55,101 nucleotides of DNA from a virus (Duplodnaviria > Caudoviricetes): the IMG/VR virus record IMGVR_UViG_3300031862_000774, positions 1-55,101 of that record; one strand, 5' to 3'. Positions 8,609-18,178 of the stretch are shown piece by piece; the first letter of the stretch is position 1; the number at the start of each line of letters is the position of its first letter. The translations under genes and the position numbers were made by a program. The notes under the pieces were generated by a model that saw only the letters and a list, made by a program, of their open reading frames with translations, was not told where the DNA came from and ran no database searches.

Positions 8609-9697
8609 TTAATCCCTCCTCGTTTTTTGAGTTAGGCGGCCGACTATCGGGCCGCCCGTTCTATCCATAAGCTCCACGGCCCTCCTTTTCCGGTCCGGGT
8701 CCGTGTGCGTGTAGAGCAGGCTCGTCATGGAGCTCGAATGGCCGAGCAGCTCGCTCACCGTGACCAGGTCCGCCCCTTTCTCCAGGAGCGCAGTCGCAAA
8801 GAAATGACGGAGCAGGTGGAAGTGGAAGGGGACACCGGCTCTCTTTGATATGAGCGCCGTGGTCCGTCGGAAGAGGCCGGGCCGGTCGCGGTTCGGGATG
8901 TAGAACACGAACTCCGAGCGGCGCGCCTGCCGGGCCAGGACAGCCTGCGCGGCCTGGTTCAGTGGGACCTCCCTTATCTTATCCCCTTTGCCCCGGACAA
9001 CGATTTCCCCGTCTTTAATGTCATGCCAGCGGAGGCCCAGGAGCTCCGCTTTCCTGAGGCCCGTATTCAGGGCGAACTGCACGAGGTCATAAAAGGCCTT
9101 CTGGAGCGGGGAGGCCGGCTTGTCGCTGATCGCCCGGGCCGCCTCCAGGACCTTCTCGAGCTCGGCCTCGGAGAGCGGCTTTACCGGCGAGGACTCCCGG
9201 AAAAACTTGACCTTTCGCAGCGGATTCGGCCCCGGGTAGAGACCCCAGTCCATCGCCCGATAGAACATCCCGCGCAGCAACTGCAGATAGCGGTTGAGCG
9301 TGGCCTTCGACCTGTCCGGCTTCCTTTTCTTCCCTTCCTTGACCGGATCATCCTTCCTCTCCTTGAGCCAGGCCCGGAGCTGCTCGATGTGGTAGGGCGT
9401 GACCTCGGAGAGCAGCGTGATCCCCGAAGCCTCGAAGAAGGCCTGGATTTTTGGCAGACGCTGCGCCTCCATGATCGCCGAGGCCGGTTTCGTGCTCCAG
9501 GCATAGTCCAGATACCGGCGGCAGAACTCCGAGAAAAGGATGTCGTCCTTCCGGGCCGCGGCCTTCAGCTTGCCAAGAACCCTTTTGGCTTGATCGAGGG
9601 CCTCGAAGTAGTTATCGGTTTTAAGTGACCGTCGATATCGCTTCTTTTCGACCCAGACATCGAGCCAGTAGAAGCGGCCGTGCTTGTGGAGGGCCAT
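8609..9697 (-). CDS. int: Tyrosine integrase (prophage)
   Basis: TGLRKAE, GKGDKIR, FHLLRH, LLGHSS, LLY; start placed at MALHKHGRFYW (ORF extends to 9751). Confidence 0.95.
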   Translation of the reverse strand: MALHKHGRFYWLDVWVEKKRYRRSLKTDNYFEALDQAKRVLGKLKAAARKDDILFSEFCRRYLDYAWSTKPASAIMEAQRLPKIQAFFEASGITLLSEVTPYHIEQLRAWLKERKDDPVKEGKKRKPDRSKATLNRYLQLLRGMFYRAMDWGLYPGPNPLRKVKFFRESSPVKPLSEAELEKVLEAARAISDKPASPLQKAFYDLVQFALNTGLRKAELLGLRWHDIKDGEIVVRGKGDKIREVPLNQAAQAVLARQARRSEFVFYIPNRDRPGLFRRTTALISKRAGVPFHFHLLRHFFATALLEKGADLVTVSELLGHSSSMTSLLYTHTDPDRKRRAVELMDRTGGPIVGRLTQKTRRD

Positions 9698-9698
9698 C

Positions 9699-10037
9699 CT
9701 ATGAGTCTTTTTTCTTGCTTTTCCTTTCGACTTTATAGTGGCTTTCCTCAAAAGAAGGCCCGATCACGGTACTGACCACATAGGTTTCGCCGATCCACCA
9801 TTGGCTCAATTTGATCATCGTGCTGTAGTGGAGGATCACCGCTCCATTTTCGAATTTTAGCGTCCACCAGCCGTACATACTGCCCGAGGGGCTCAGGGTC
9901 TCACCGCGACTCAGGTCCGGGCTGAAGACCGCATCTTTTAGGGCCGATTCGAACAGGACGGATTCCTTCTGCTCTTGAGCAATCAGAAAATTGAATAGAA
10001 TGAAGACTGTGCCTAAAAGAGCCGCACCTCTTCGCAT
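9699..10037 (-). CDS. Exported/membrane protein in immunity operon
   Basis: Signal-peptide-like N-terminus; GGAG RBS. Confidence 0.55.
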   Translation of the reverse strand: MRRGAALLGTVFILFNFLIAQEQKESVLFESALKDAVFSPDLSRGETLSPSGSMYGWWTLKFENGAVILHYSTMIKLSQWWIGETYVVSTVIGPSFEESHYKVERKSKKKDS

Positions 10038-10069
10038 GTTTTAACTCCTCACTCCTATCCCAAAATAAA

Positions 10070-10330
10070 TCAACGGATTAGTTCGCCTTCAGATTTCTTT
10101 CCGGTTACTTCCTCGATTGTTTTTAGAGTAATCCGAGGAGGATGGTCAATTACCCACTTTGATAACTTAATAAGGTCTTCAGCCTCCAGCCTCTTCTGGT
10201 CTATCATGAACTGAAGCGATTCCCAGGCCAGTATATACCTTCCGCAGTGTTCGCATATAACGAACTTACCTCTGTTTAGGTCCGGAGTTTCCCGAATTTC
10301 GGCATCCTGTTCACACAGATAGCATTTCAT
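10070..10330 (-). CDS. Zinc-finger hypothetical protein
   Basis: CYLC...CEHCG. Confidence 0.6.
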   Translation of the reverse strand: MKCYLCEQDAEIRETPDLNRGKFVICEHCGRYILAWESLQFMIDQKRLEAEDLIKLSKWVIDHPPRITLKTIEEVTGKKSEGELIR

Positions 10331-10340
10331 GACTCGCTCC

Positions 10341-10523
10341 CTAATGCGTCAGTTTAGGCTTGATCTCCGCGACCTCCCCATTTAATCCCTTCCTGATCTC
10401 CCATTCCTTTCCACAGCTTTTACAGTGCGCCAGATAAAGCCCCGTCGTGGCGAGGTCATGGGCGATTATTGGCTTCCCGCAACCTGGGCAGGTCGCAGGA
10501 AAGAAGCTGAGCTTAAGTCCCAT
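10341..10523 (-). CDS. Zinc-ribbon hypothetical protein
   Basis: CPGCG...CKSCG. Confidence 0.55.
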   Translation of the reverse strand: MGLKLSFFPATCPGCGKPIIAHDLATTGLYLAHCKSCGKEWEIRKGLNGEVAEIKPKLTH

Positions 10524-10835
10524 TTACTTTAAATCTTTGTCCTCTTTCCGCTTTTGGAACTCCTGATAAGTCTCCATAAAAAAGCACATAAATTTATCGA
10601 ATCCATTTTTTGAAATTTTGTCATGGTTCATGCAGAGAGTACTTAAATCCACTTTAAGGGCCGCGGCGATTTTGATTAGCGTATCTATTCTAAAGTTGGC
10701 TTGGCCGGTCTCAATCCGACTTATTGTCTCCGCTCTGATCTTTCCTATTTGTTTCGCGAGATCGCGCTGATTTACCCCGCATTTCTTACGGATCATCTTT
10801 ACATTCAAACCTATTTCTTTTTTAAGGTCATCCAA
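10524..10835 (-). CDS. CI-like XRE repressor
   Basis: IRKKCGVNQRDLAKQIG...ISRIETGQANFRIDTLIKIA; divergent from Cro-like gene. Confidence 0.85.
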   Translation of the reverse strand: MDDLKKEIGLNVKMIRKKCGVNQRDLAKQIGKIRAETISRIETGQANFRIDTLIKIAAALKVDLSTLCMNHDKISKNGFDKFMCFFMETYQEFQKRKEDKDLK

Positions 10836-10915
10836 GGCAATCTCCTTTAAGAATTACCTCCTATTTTAAACCTAAATTTATTTTAATAAAAATCGAAAAT
10901 ACTTTAAAAAAACAC

Positions 10916-10944
10916 TTGACAGCGCCATATATTTGAGTTATATT
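10916..10944 (+). promoter_or_regulatory. Early rightward promoter
   Basis: TTGACA - 17 bp - TATATT in the AT-rich divergent intergenic region. Confidence 0.75.
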
Positions 10945-10955
10945 TAAATTCGCCA

Positions 10956-11150
10956 ATGGACAATTTAAATACAAATCAATTACTTGACCGCTTTCAAAAT
11001 TTTTGCTTTGAGCGCGACCTCACACTACATCAAATTGCTCTAATTTTAAAAGTTTCCCATTCTACGGTCGGGGATATCCTTAAGGGTAAAACCACACGCC
11101 CGCATCCCAGGACACTGTATAAAATCCGCAAATTCATGGGGGAAAAATGA
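10956..11150 (+). CDS. Cro-like HTH protein
   Basis: LTLHQIALILKVSHSTVGDILKG. Confidence 0.75.
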   Translation: MDNLNTNQLLDRFQNFCFERDLTLHQIALILKVSHSTVGDILKGKTTRPHPRTLYKIRKFMGEK

Positions 11151-11332
11151 ATCCATCTGAGTTCGACTTCCTGACCGTCCGGGAGGCCGCCGCGAGCCTG
11201 CGCTGTTCGACGCGGACGATCCGAGAAAAGGTGCACGGCGGCGTCCTTGGCCAGTGCGTGCGCAATGGCAAGTTTATCCTGATCCCCAAAGAAGGGCTCA
11301 GAGCATACATCGGTCATCGGCTTATTCCTTAA
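11147..11332 (+). CDS. Excisionase-like HTH_17 protein
   Basis: FLTVREAAASLRCSTRTIR...RNGKFILIP. Confidence 0.75.
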   Translation: MNPSEFDFLTVREAAASLRCSTRTIREKVHGGVLGQCVRNGKFILIPKEGLRAYIGHRLIP

Positions 11333-11357
11333 CTTAAAAGATTAAAGGAGAAGGCGG

Positions 11358-11819
11358 TTGAACAGCAATCTAAATTCAAGCTCGATTTCAGGGTTCTCGG
11401 CCCTACTCTACGTCAACTTCATCATCAAGAAGAAATACCGCGTCGATGCCATCGCCAAAGAAATGCAGGTCGCCACGGACACCCTTTACCGCTATGTCCG
11501 CGGCGAGAACATCATGCCGCCGGACCGGATCGTCGACCTGATCCGGGCGACGAAGGACGTCGAGTTCCTGGACTTCTTCTGCGAGCCCTGCGGCTATCTC
11601 CCGATCCCGGCGCCCGCCGGCAAGCTGTGCTCGAAGGAAATCCAGAAGGAGGAGATCGAGCTCTCGATACTCAACGGCAAGGCCCTTGATGCCATTGAGC
11701 GCGCCTTCGACGACGGGAAGGTCAGCAAGCAGGAAGCGAAACAGATTCATCAGCTCCTCACCCGGCTCATGGAGCGGGCCGGGGAGATAAAACAGAAGAT
11801 CGCGGCGGAGATTCGATGA
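11358..11819 (+). CDS. Phage regulatory CII-family protein
   Basis: N-terminal HTH plus C-terminal AFDDGKVSKQE motif. Confidence 0.65.
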   Translation: MNSNLNSSSISGFSALLYVNFIIKKKYRVDAIAKEMQVATDTLYRYVRGENIMPPDRIVDLIRATKDVEFLDFFCEPCGYLPIPAPAGKLCSKEIQKEEIELSILNGKALDAIERAFDDGKVSKQEAKQIHQLLTRLMERAGEIKQKIAAEIR

Positions 11820-12132
11820 TGGCGCGAAAAACGCCGGCCGGCACGAGCCGCATACCCCGGAGAACGTCAAAAACATGCGTCCAGGACGCTATAAAAACGA
11901 AAAGACGTAGCAAACCATTAGAAAAACCAAAGTCCCGCCCTGCGCGATCCTGGCGCAAAATTCGGGCTTGTCCATTTTGCGGAAAACGATTCAGGCCGCG
12001 GCGCCCAAAGCAGGAATTTTGCACACCTAACCACCGGAAACGAATGTGGGATAAACGAAAATCTTTGACCTTGGCGACCACCCTCTTAAGTGAGGCTTTG
12101 AATAAAATCCAAAACTACAAAGGAAGGAAAAA

Positions 12133-12339
12133 ATGAATTACGTCCTTAGCCCGGAGGAAATTGTTTTCTTGAAAAAACTCTGCCGACCCGAATCGTTCAC
12201 GCCGACATTCCCGGAGCGGGTCATGCTCGAGGTTTTTTTGAAAGAGAAAATCGTCAAGCGGCACCGGGACGGCTCGATCGAAGTGACGGACCACGGTGCT
12301 GACTGCTATGCCGCCACACTGAACATGGCGAGCAATTAG
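12133..12339 (+). CDS. Hypothetical protein
   Basis: AAGGA RBS, early operon. Confidence 0.5.
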   Translation: MNYVLSPEEIVFLKKLCRPESFTPTFPERVMLEVFLKEKIVKRHRDGSIEVTDHGADCYAATLNMASN

Positions 12340-12577
12340 AGGAGTCAGATGATCATCTTCGGATGGCTCTACCTCGGCAGCGTCGGCTTGCTGCTTGCTA
12401 TCGTCGCGTGTAAAGCCATCGAGGAAATAAAAGTCCGGCTCTGCGGCTGGAAGCCGGAGAGGGAGGTGTGGCGACAGAAAATCGGCGGACACAGGCCAAG
12501 AGGTTGTCCGGAAGGGGAGGCCGGCGCGTCTCCCCGTTCTGAACAAAGCAAGGGAAATTTTTGATTGAGAGGCAAAA

Positions 12578-12769
12578 ATGACTGAAGAAAAAAAAGCCCA
12601 GCTTGGGCAAGCCGGGCAAGAAGAACGCCTTCTCCGAATGGAGAAGCGAGATCTCATTAATCTCATACTCCAATACGAGAAGCGTGTCAAGAGGCCGGAA
12701 CAGATCTCTTCTTTTATCGAGGATTTCATCTTCAACGCGCAGGCCCAGGCGGGGGAAAGATTCAGATGA
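12578..12769 (+). CDS. Hypothetical protein
   Basis: ATGA overlap with the next gene. Confidence 0.5.
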   Translation: MTEEKKAQLGQAGQEERLLRMEKRDLINLILQYEKRVKRPEQISSFIEDFIFNAQAQAGERFR

Positions 12770-13944
12770 TCGAAAAACTTGGAAGCGATCATTTCCTCAT
12801 CCGGGAGATCGTCGAAAGCTACCTCGAGGACTGGAAGGCCAGGTCCGGCCAGCGGGACCATCAGAAGCGCGGCTACTTCTACATGTCGGACGTGGGCAAG
12901 TGCGACCGGGCGACCTTCTACGACTTCACCTGCCCGGAGAAAAAGCGGCCGATCACGGCTAAGACGCTCATGATGTTCAACGCCGGGAACTTGCTACATG
13001 ATGATATCCAGGCCAGGGCCAGAAAGCGGGGCCTGATCGAGGCGGGGCGCGATATTGAATACGGCCTCGAGGACTGGGCTCACAAGGCGACCGGCCGGCT
13101 GGATTTCATCGCCGCCGTTTACAAGTTCATCGAGATGGAAAAGGGGATTGCCGTCGTCGAGATCAAAACAAAAAATCCCTACAATTTTGGCGATGAGGAG
13201 CCGAGCCAGGACGAAGTCGATCAGGTCCTCTGGTACATCGACCGCCTCAAGGAAAGCTCGGCCAACGGTGTGCGCGAGTCAAATATCCTGGATTACGGTT
13301 TCATCGTCTACATTGACCGCGCGATGATCGCCGATCCCATGCCGATCTGCGGCTGGCGCCTCGATTACGATCCGGAGCGCATTGCCATCATCAAAGCCCG
13401 CTTCACGGCGCTGGATAAGGCCATTGAGTCCGGCGAATGCCCCATGCGGCCCTTCGAACGGGATTCCATCAAATGTACCTACTGCAGATATGAGGCGCAC
13501 TGCTGGGAAGGGATCCCTCGGCCGGAGGCCCCGGCGTTCGTCGCGGATGAAACGATCGAACCGCCCGAGCAGGAGCTGGTCGAGAGCGCGGCGGCCCGCT
13601 ACATCGAGCTCAAAGCGCAGGAAAAGCAAATCGCCGAGGAAGCCGAGCGTCTCCGGGACATCCTCATGCGCTACTTCAAAGCGACGGGCCTTGAGCAGAT
13701 TTCCGTCAACGGCCAAGCCATCATCCACGGCGTCATGAAAAAGTCGACTCTGGATGAGGACTACCTGCTCACGGTGGTTGGCGATAAGTGGCTGCTTATC
13801 GCAAGACCTGACCTTAAACGGATTCAGGCGGCGATCAAGGATGGGATGATCGATGCGGGCGTGCTCGAGCAGGCGAAAATCGTCACCTTTATAGATGTTC
13901 TGCGAGTCAAAGGAGATAAAAATGCCAATTCAAGGATTGAGTGA
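12766..13944 (+). CDS. Cas4-like PD-(D/E)XK nuclease with Fe-S cysteines
   Basis: SDVGKCDR, GNLLHD, GRLD, VEIKT, QVLWY, CTYCRYEAHC. Confidence 0.8.
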   Translation: MIEKLGSDHFLIREIVESYLEDWKARSGQRDHQKRGYFYMSDVGKCDRATFYDFTCPEKKRPITAKTLMMFNAGNLLHDDIQARARKRGLIEAGRDIEYGLEDWAHKATGRLDFIAAVYKFIEMEKGIAVVEIKTKNPYNFGDEEPSQDEVDQVLWYIDRLKESSANGVRESNILDYGFIVYIDRAMIADPMPICGWRLDYDPERIAIIKARFTALDKAIESGECPMRPFERDSIKCTYCRYEAHCWEGIPRPEAPAFVADETIEPPEQELVESAAARYIELKAQEKQIAEEAERLRDILMRYFKATGLEQISVNGQAIIHGVMKKSTLDEDYLLTVVGDKWLLIARPDLKRIQAAIKDGMIDAGVLEQAKIVTFIDVLRVKGDKNANSRIE

Positions 13945-14920
13945 AAAGCGGAGGTTGCCCCGCGCGGGCATCATCCGCCTGGGAATCAAAAAAATCAAGA
14001 CCGTCCAAAAGGGCGGGAAGAATGTTGAGGTCGAATATCCGGCCGAGGTCGACCATTTTGTTTGTCCGGAGATCGTCCAGAAAGTTTATGGCCCTGAGCC
14101 CAAGGCGCTTATCGTCATGTTTCCGGTGGAGAACGAGGAAGTTTTTTTCCAGCAGTGGTACCGGCGTTACGGAAACGGGATCCTTCTCTGCAAGGGTGAC
14201 GGTGCCGAGGCCTTCGCCTGGGATTTCGACAAAGGCGAGATGAAGAAAATCGCTTGCCCTTGCGAATTGCTCAAAAAGGGCGCCTGCAAGGCCGTGGGCG
14301 CCCTGCAGTTTATTCTTCCTGAGGTCGAAGAGGCGGCGGCCGTCTGGCAGATCAACACAAGCTCAAAGAACAGCATCATCGACATTAACAGCGGAATTGA
14401 TTTCATCCGCGGTATCGCCGGCCGGATCGCCATGATCCCGCTCCTGCTCAAACGCGAGCCGCTCGAGATCCACAGAATCGAGGATAAGGAGATGAAGACG
14501 AGCAGCCATTTCACGATGAAGCTATCGCTCGAGGGGACCTCGCTCAAGAAGCTCCAGCTCATGGGGAAGATCAAGCCGACGGAGATCATGCTGCCGGCGC
14601 CTGATGAGAGCCAGCCCGAGGACCTCTTCCCGGAGAACGGATTCAGCCCGGAGGAGGAGGAGAAGAAAAAGGAAAAAGAGAAAAAGGCCTTCGAGCAGGC
14701 CGCGCTCAAGAAGCTCAAGCAGGACCTCGAGTTTTACGTCAAGCAGTACGAGAGCCTGGGCTCCAAGCTCGCGCCGAATTGGCAGAAACGCATCGGCGAG
14801 CTCGCGAAGAAGGAGGAGTTCGAGGCCGCCATCGAAATCTTCAAAACCCGGATCGAGCGGCTGAAAAAAGAGGCGGAGGAGGAGGCTAAATTCGTTGCGG
14901 GAGGCACCGATGCCAAATAA
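13922..14920 (+). CDS. Gp3-like / recombination-associated phage protein
   Basis: RLPRAGIIRLG, LLCKGDG, CPC...CK, LQFILPE, TSSKNS; coupled to nuclease. Confidence 0.6.
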   Translation: MPIQGLSEKRRLPRAGIIRLGIKKIKTVQKGGKNVEVEYPAEVDHFVCPEIVQKVYGPEPKALIVMFPVENEEVFFQQWYRRYGNGILLCKGDGAEAFAWDFDKGEMKKIACPCELLKKGACKAVGALQFILPEVEEAAAVWQINTSSKNSIIDINSGIDFIRGIAGRIAMIPLLLKREPLEIHRIEDKEMKTSSHFTMKLSLEGTSLKKLQLMGKIKPTEIMLPAPDESQPEDLFPENGFSPEEEEKKKEKEKKAFEQAALKKLKQDLEFYVKQYESLGSKLAPNWQKRIGELAKKEEFEAAIEIFKTRIERLKKEAEEEAKFVAGGTDAK

Positions 14921-15578
14921 CCATAATACGGCAATCACCACACTCGAGGAGCGAGCGCTCAGTTTATCGGAAAGGGCCAAGACGATCAAGGTTACGGACA
15001 AAGAGAGCTTCATTGCCGCGAACGAGTTTCGATATGGCATAAGGGATTTACGGATGCAGATTTCGGAAGCCTGGGATCCAGTAATTGACAGCACAAATAA
15101 AGCGCACAGGCAGGCCTTGGAGCAGAAAAAACGGTGCGAGGGGCCACTCATCCAGGCAGACAATATCGTCAAGGCTGAAATGGGTCGCTATATGGCGGAC
15201 GAGGAGCAGGTCCACAGAGAAGCAGAGGAGAAAGCCCGGCGCGCGAGAGAGGAGGCAGAGCGGAAGAGACTCGAGACCCTGAGAGCTGCGGCAGCGGCCG
15301 AGAAGGAAGGAAAATCCGAGGAGACAGACCGGATCCTTGAGCAGATCCCTGAGAAGCCGAAGGCGATTATTCCAGAACCGGTCAAGATCAAGGGAACATT
15401 CCTACGGAGGGATTTGAGATGGCGGGTCGTCGACCTCGCCGCGGTGCCCCGGGATTATCTCTGCGTTGACCGGGCCAAGGTCGAGGAGGTCTTCAGGCGG
15501 CTCGGCAAAGCGATGGCCATTCCCGGGATCGAAACCTACGAAGAGACCACCATCGTTATGAGAGGTCCCGATGCCTGA
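14910..15578 (+). CDS. Conserved coiled-coil phage protein
   Basis: C-terminal WRVVDLAAVPRDYL...IPGIE motif. Confidence 0.6.
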   Translation: MPNNHNTAITTLEERALSLSERAKTIKVTDKESFIAANEFRYGIRDLRMQISEAWDPVIDSTNKAHRQALEQKKRCEGPLIQADNIVKAEMGRYMADEEQVHREAEEKARRAREEAERKRLETLRAAAAAEKEGKSEETDRILEQIPEKPKAIIPEPVKIKGTFLRRDLRWRVVDLAAVPRDYLCVDRAKVEEVFRRLGKAMAIPGIETYEETTIVMRGPDA

Positions 15579-15741
15579 GACCATCATTTACTGCCCCAAA
15601 TGCCGGGACCTCACCAGGCACCGGGTCCGAACCGAGTACGCCGCGGTCTGTTGCGGCTGTGGCGATGAGTGCGACCTCGAGGATCCAAAAGTCATCCAGG
15701 CCATCCTGGAGAAGCGGGGAGACCCGGAGAAGCGAATTTGA
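15571..15741 (+). CDS. Small zinc-finger protein (56 aa, not in ORF track)
   Basis: MPETIIYCPKC...CCGCG; GAGG RBS; overlaps the previous stop. Confidence 0.55.
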   Translation: MPETIIYCPKCRDLTRHRVRTEYAAVCCGCGDECDLEDPKVIQAILEKRGDPEKRI

Positions 15742-15929
15742 GAATCATGGCGGGAGTCCGAGCGAGAGAGCGGAAGAGGCGAGGCGGGACCGTGAGTTTG
15801 ATTTGCCCGACGTCCCAAAACCCCTCCTTTCCCTTGACCTCTTCCCTCCCGCCTTTAGCCCGCCCCTTGACCTGAGCCGGAAAAGGCGCGGCATAATGCC
15901 GTGGCGGGGAGGAAGGAGAGGACATCATA

Positions 15930-16733
15930 ATGGCCGATAAATATACCGGGCGAGAAGATAAAAACCCCTGGACGAAATGGTATTGGGCGGACTTTGAATC
16001 GGACACCGGCCTGAGAGCGTGTAGTTTGGCGGCGCAGGGACTATGGATGAGGATGCTTTCGATTATGGCGAGAAGTAAAAAAAAGGGTTTTCTACTCGAT
16101 GGTGGAAAACAAATGGATAACAAAACCTTAACAAAACTTATAGGTGAAAAGGAGGAGGTAATAATTCTTCTGTTGGCCGAACTCGGCGAACACGATGTCT
16201 ATTCAAAAACCAACGATGGCCTCATATATAACAGGCGTATGGTGATGGAGGGAGAGATTTCAGATAAGCGTTCGATGGCAGGCCAGAAGGGCATGCTTTC
16301 GAGATGGAAAATGAAAAAGAGCCATAACAAAATGATAACAAGGGTTAAGCATGATGTTATAACACGCTCTGCTTCTGCTTCTGCTTCTGCTTCTTCTTCT
16401 CTTAAAAATAAGAATCTTAAAAGAGAGCCCCCAAAGATCATGTTGGTGCTTGATGAAGAGCCAAAAAGATGGGAAGGGATCACTGAAGAGTTAAAAGCTC
16501 TTTGGGCCAAAACATATCCCGGCTGCGATATCGACATCGTCCTCCAGGAGATGATCGCCTACTGGGATGCCCAGCCAAAGGCAAAACGGAAAATAAACTG
16601 GAAGGTGACGATCGTCAATCGGCTTAAATGGCTTCAAGACCATGGTGGAACCCGAGGCAACGTCACTGGCGGAGTCAGGGAATGGTTGGTTAAGGAAAAA
16701 GAAAAAGAGAAGGGAGAGAAGTTGAATGAATAA
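15930..16733 (+). CDS. Phage replication initiator (lambda O / YdaU-like)
   Basis: WTKWYWADF...SLAAQGLWMRML N-domain; internal ATAACA repeats (16324-16364) and (TCTGCT)n tract as likely origin. Confidence 0.75.
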   Translation: MADKYTGREDKNPWTKWYWADFESDTGLRACSLAAQGLWMRMLSIMARSKKKGFLLDGGKQMDNKTLTKLIGEKEEVIILLLAELGEHDVYSKTNDGLIYNRRMVMEGEISDKRSMAGQKGMLSRWKMKKSHNKMITRVKHDVITRSASASASASSSLKNKNLKREPPKIMLVLDEEPKRWEGITEELKALWAKTYPGCDIDIVLQEMIAYWDAQPKAKRKINWKVTIVNRLKWLQDHGGTRGNVTGGVREWLVKEKEKEKGEKLNE

Positions 16734-17418
16734 AGATTTCTATTCTGAACAGATATCCAGGCTTGAAAAAATATTTGGCAGATGTCCAGCACCAGATGAA
16801 TATTTTAATACTCTTCGTAATTTCAGACCCGAGGATTTTATCAAGGCGATCGATAATGTCATCCAAACCCACCGCCCCTACACCGGTCACGTCTTTCCCT
16901 CCCCGTCCGCGATCCTCGACGCCCTCAATGATGTGATGAAGAACCAGACCTGGGCGACGCCCGAGGACTTGGCTGGCGCGGAGTTCTGTGGGCGCTGTGA
17001 GAACCGGGGGATGTATCTGGAAGAGGGCCGGGCGAAGTTCTGTGATTGCATCAAAGGCCGGCGGGCTTGGGCCGTGTTTCGATATTGGCCGAACCGGAAA
17101 AAGATCGCCGAGGAGCAGGCCAAAATCAAAAGCGGCGCACCGCCCCACCATGGCCTCAAGGAACGGAACCCCCTCGGCTTCTGGGAGGACACCCAGGAGG
17201 AGCACGACCGCTGGATGGCAAGGCGACGCGCCGAGCTCCTCGAGTCCCATGCCCGGGCCGACATCAGGGACCGGAAGCTCGCCGAGGCAAAGAAGACCGT
17301 GCCCAGGGAGAGCCTGAGGCGCCTCGTGGAGGAGAAGATCAGCCAGGTCCAGGCGAACAGGCCGCAAGACGAACGGCAGCCGGGCGAGGATGAGGAGGAA
17401 GAGGAGGTCCCATTTTGA
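16726..17418 (+). CDS. Replication-associated protein (helicase-loader-like position)
   Basis: FPSPSAIL, CGRC...CDC; follows the initiator. Confidence 0.5.
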   Translation: MNKDFYSEQISRLEKIFGRCPAPDEYFNTLRNFRPEDFIKAIDNVIQTHRPYTGHVFPSPSAILDALNDVMKNQTWATPEDLAGAEFCGRCENRGMYLEEGRAKFCDCIKGRRAWAVFRYWPNRKKIAEEQAKIKSGAPPHHGLKERNPLGFWEDTQEEHDRWMARRRAELLESHARADIRDRKLAEAKKTVPRESLRRLVEEKISQVQANRPQDERQPGEDEEEEEVPF

Positions 17419-17720
17419 GAAAAGACATCGCCCTGAAGCTCAAGGCGGAGGCCGAGCGCGTGGCCAGGGAGTTCTCAAACCCCTTCCGGGACCGAAATCC
17501 GGGCGGTGAGATCTTCGAGCTTGAGGGCATCCAGGCTCTATCCGAATTCACGGCCGCAGTCATCTTCAAGAAAAACACGGACAAGCGCGCGGTTGCCTTT
17601 TTCTATTACGTCAAGGATCAGTGGCGATATTTCTTCCCTTCGGATTCGCACATCCTCGGGATGGAGTCATTCCCGGAGGTGAAGAAGCGGGTCGAAATAG
17701 AGAATTTTTCGAGGAACTGA
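17415..17720 (+). CDS. Hypothetical protein
   Basis: GAGG RBS, overlaps both neighbours. Confidence 0.55.
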   Translation: MRKDIALKLKAEAERVAREFSNPFRDRNPGGEIFELEGIQALSEFTAAVIFKKNTDKRAVAFFYYVKDQWRYFFPSDSHILGMESFPEVKKRVEIENFSRN

Positions 17721-18178
17721 TGACATCTTTTTTGGCCAGGCCGTCCAAAGGCGACCATTCGCCCGGGGCAATCCGGCTATGCCTATTTATATCTTGCGCC
17801 GTTCTCGCTGTCATTATCCTCCTCGGCTCGCAGACCTACGTCTCAAAATTCAATCTTTTTAAGATCGCTTTTAAGGATCCCACCGAGTCGATCCTCATCC
17901 AATTCAGGAACGGGGATATCTACATTTACAGCACGCTGGATATAGGAGGGGTGACGGCCGACCCCGCCCGCATGCTTGACACCTTGACCAGGATAGAAGG
18001 GAAAAAGATATCGGACATCATCCAGATCACGCACAACCATTTTAGCGGCCGAACCTTCAACGAGACAGACAACGGGTTTCTCCGGTATTTCAAGGCCCAC
18101 GGTTTTACGGGGGATTTCAACATCTATCACACGGAATCGGAAACAACCGAAACAAAAAAGGAAAAAGGAGATAAATGA
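17720..18178 (+). CDS. Membrane-anchored JAB/RadC-like domain protein
   Basis: N-terminal hydrophobic helix; E...THNHFSG..FNETD resembles JAB HxH-x10-D. Confidence 0.45.
   Translation: MTSFLARPSKGDHSPGAIRLCLFISCAVLAVIILLGSQTYVSKFNLFKIAFKDPTESILIQFRNGDIYIYSTLDIGGVTADPARMLDTLTRIEGKKISDIIQITHNHFSGRTFNETDNGFLRYFKAHGFTGDFNIYHTESETTETKKEKGDK

Noticed and set aside
12766-13944. Cas4-like gene as part of a CRISPR-Cas system
   Set aside because: No other cas genes or array; it lies in the phage early operon
16368-16400. (TCTGCT)n microsatellite as a contingency locus
   Set aside because: In-frame Ser-Ala linker typical of O-like replication initiators
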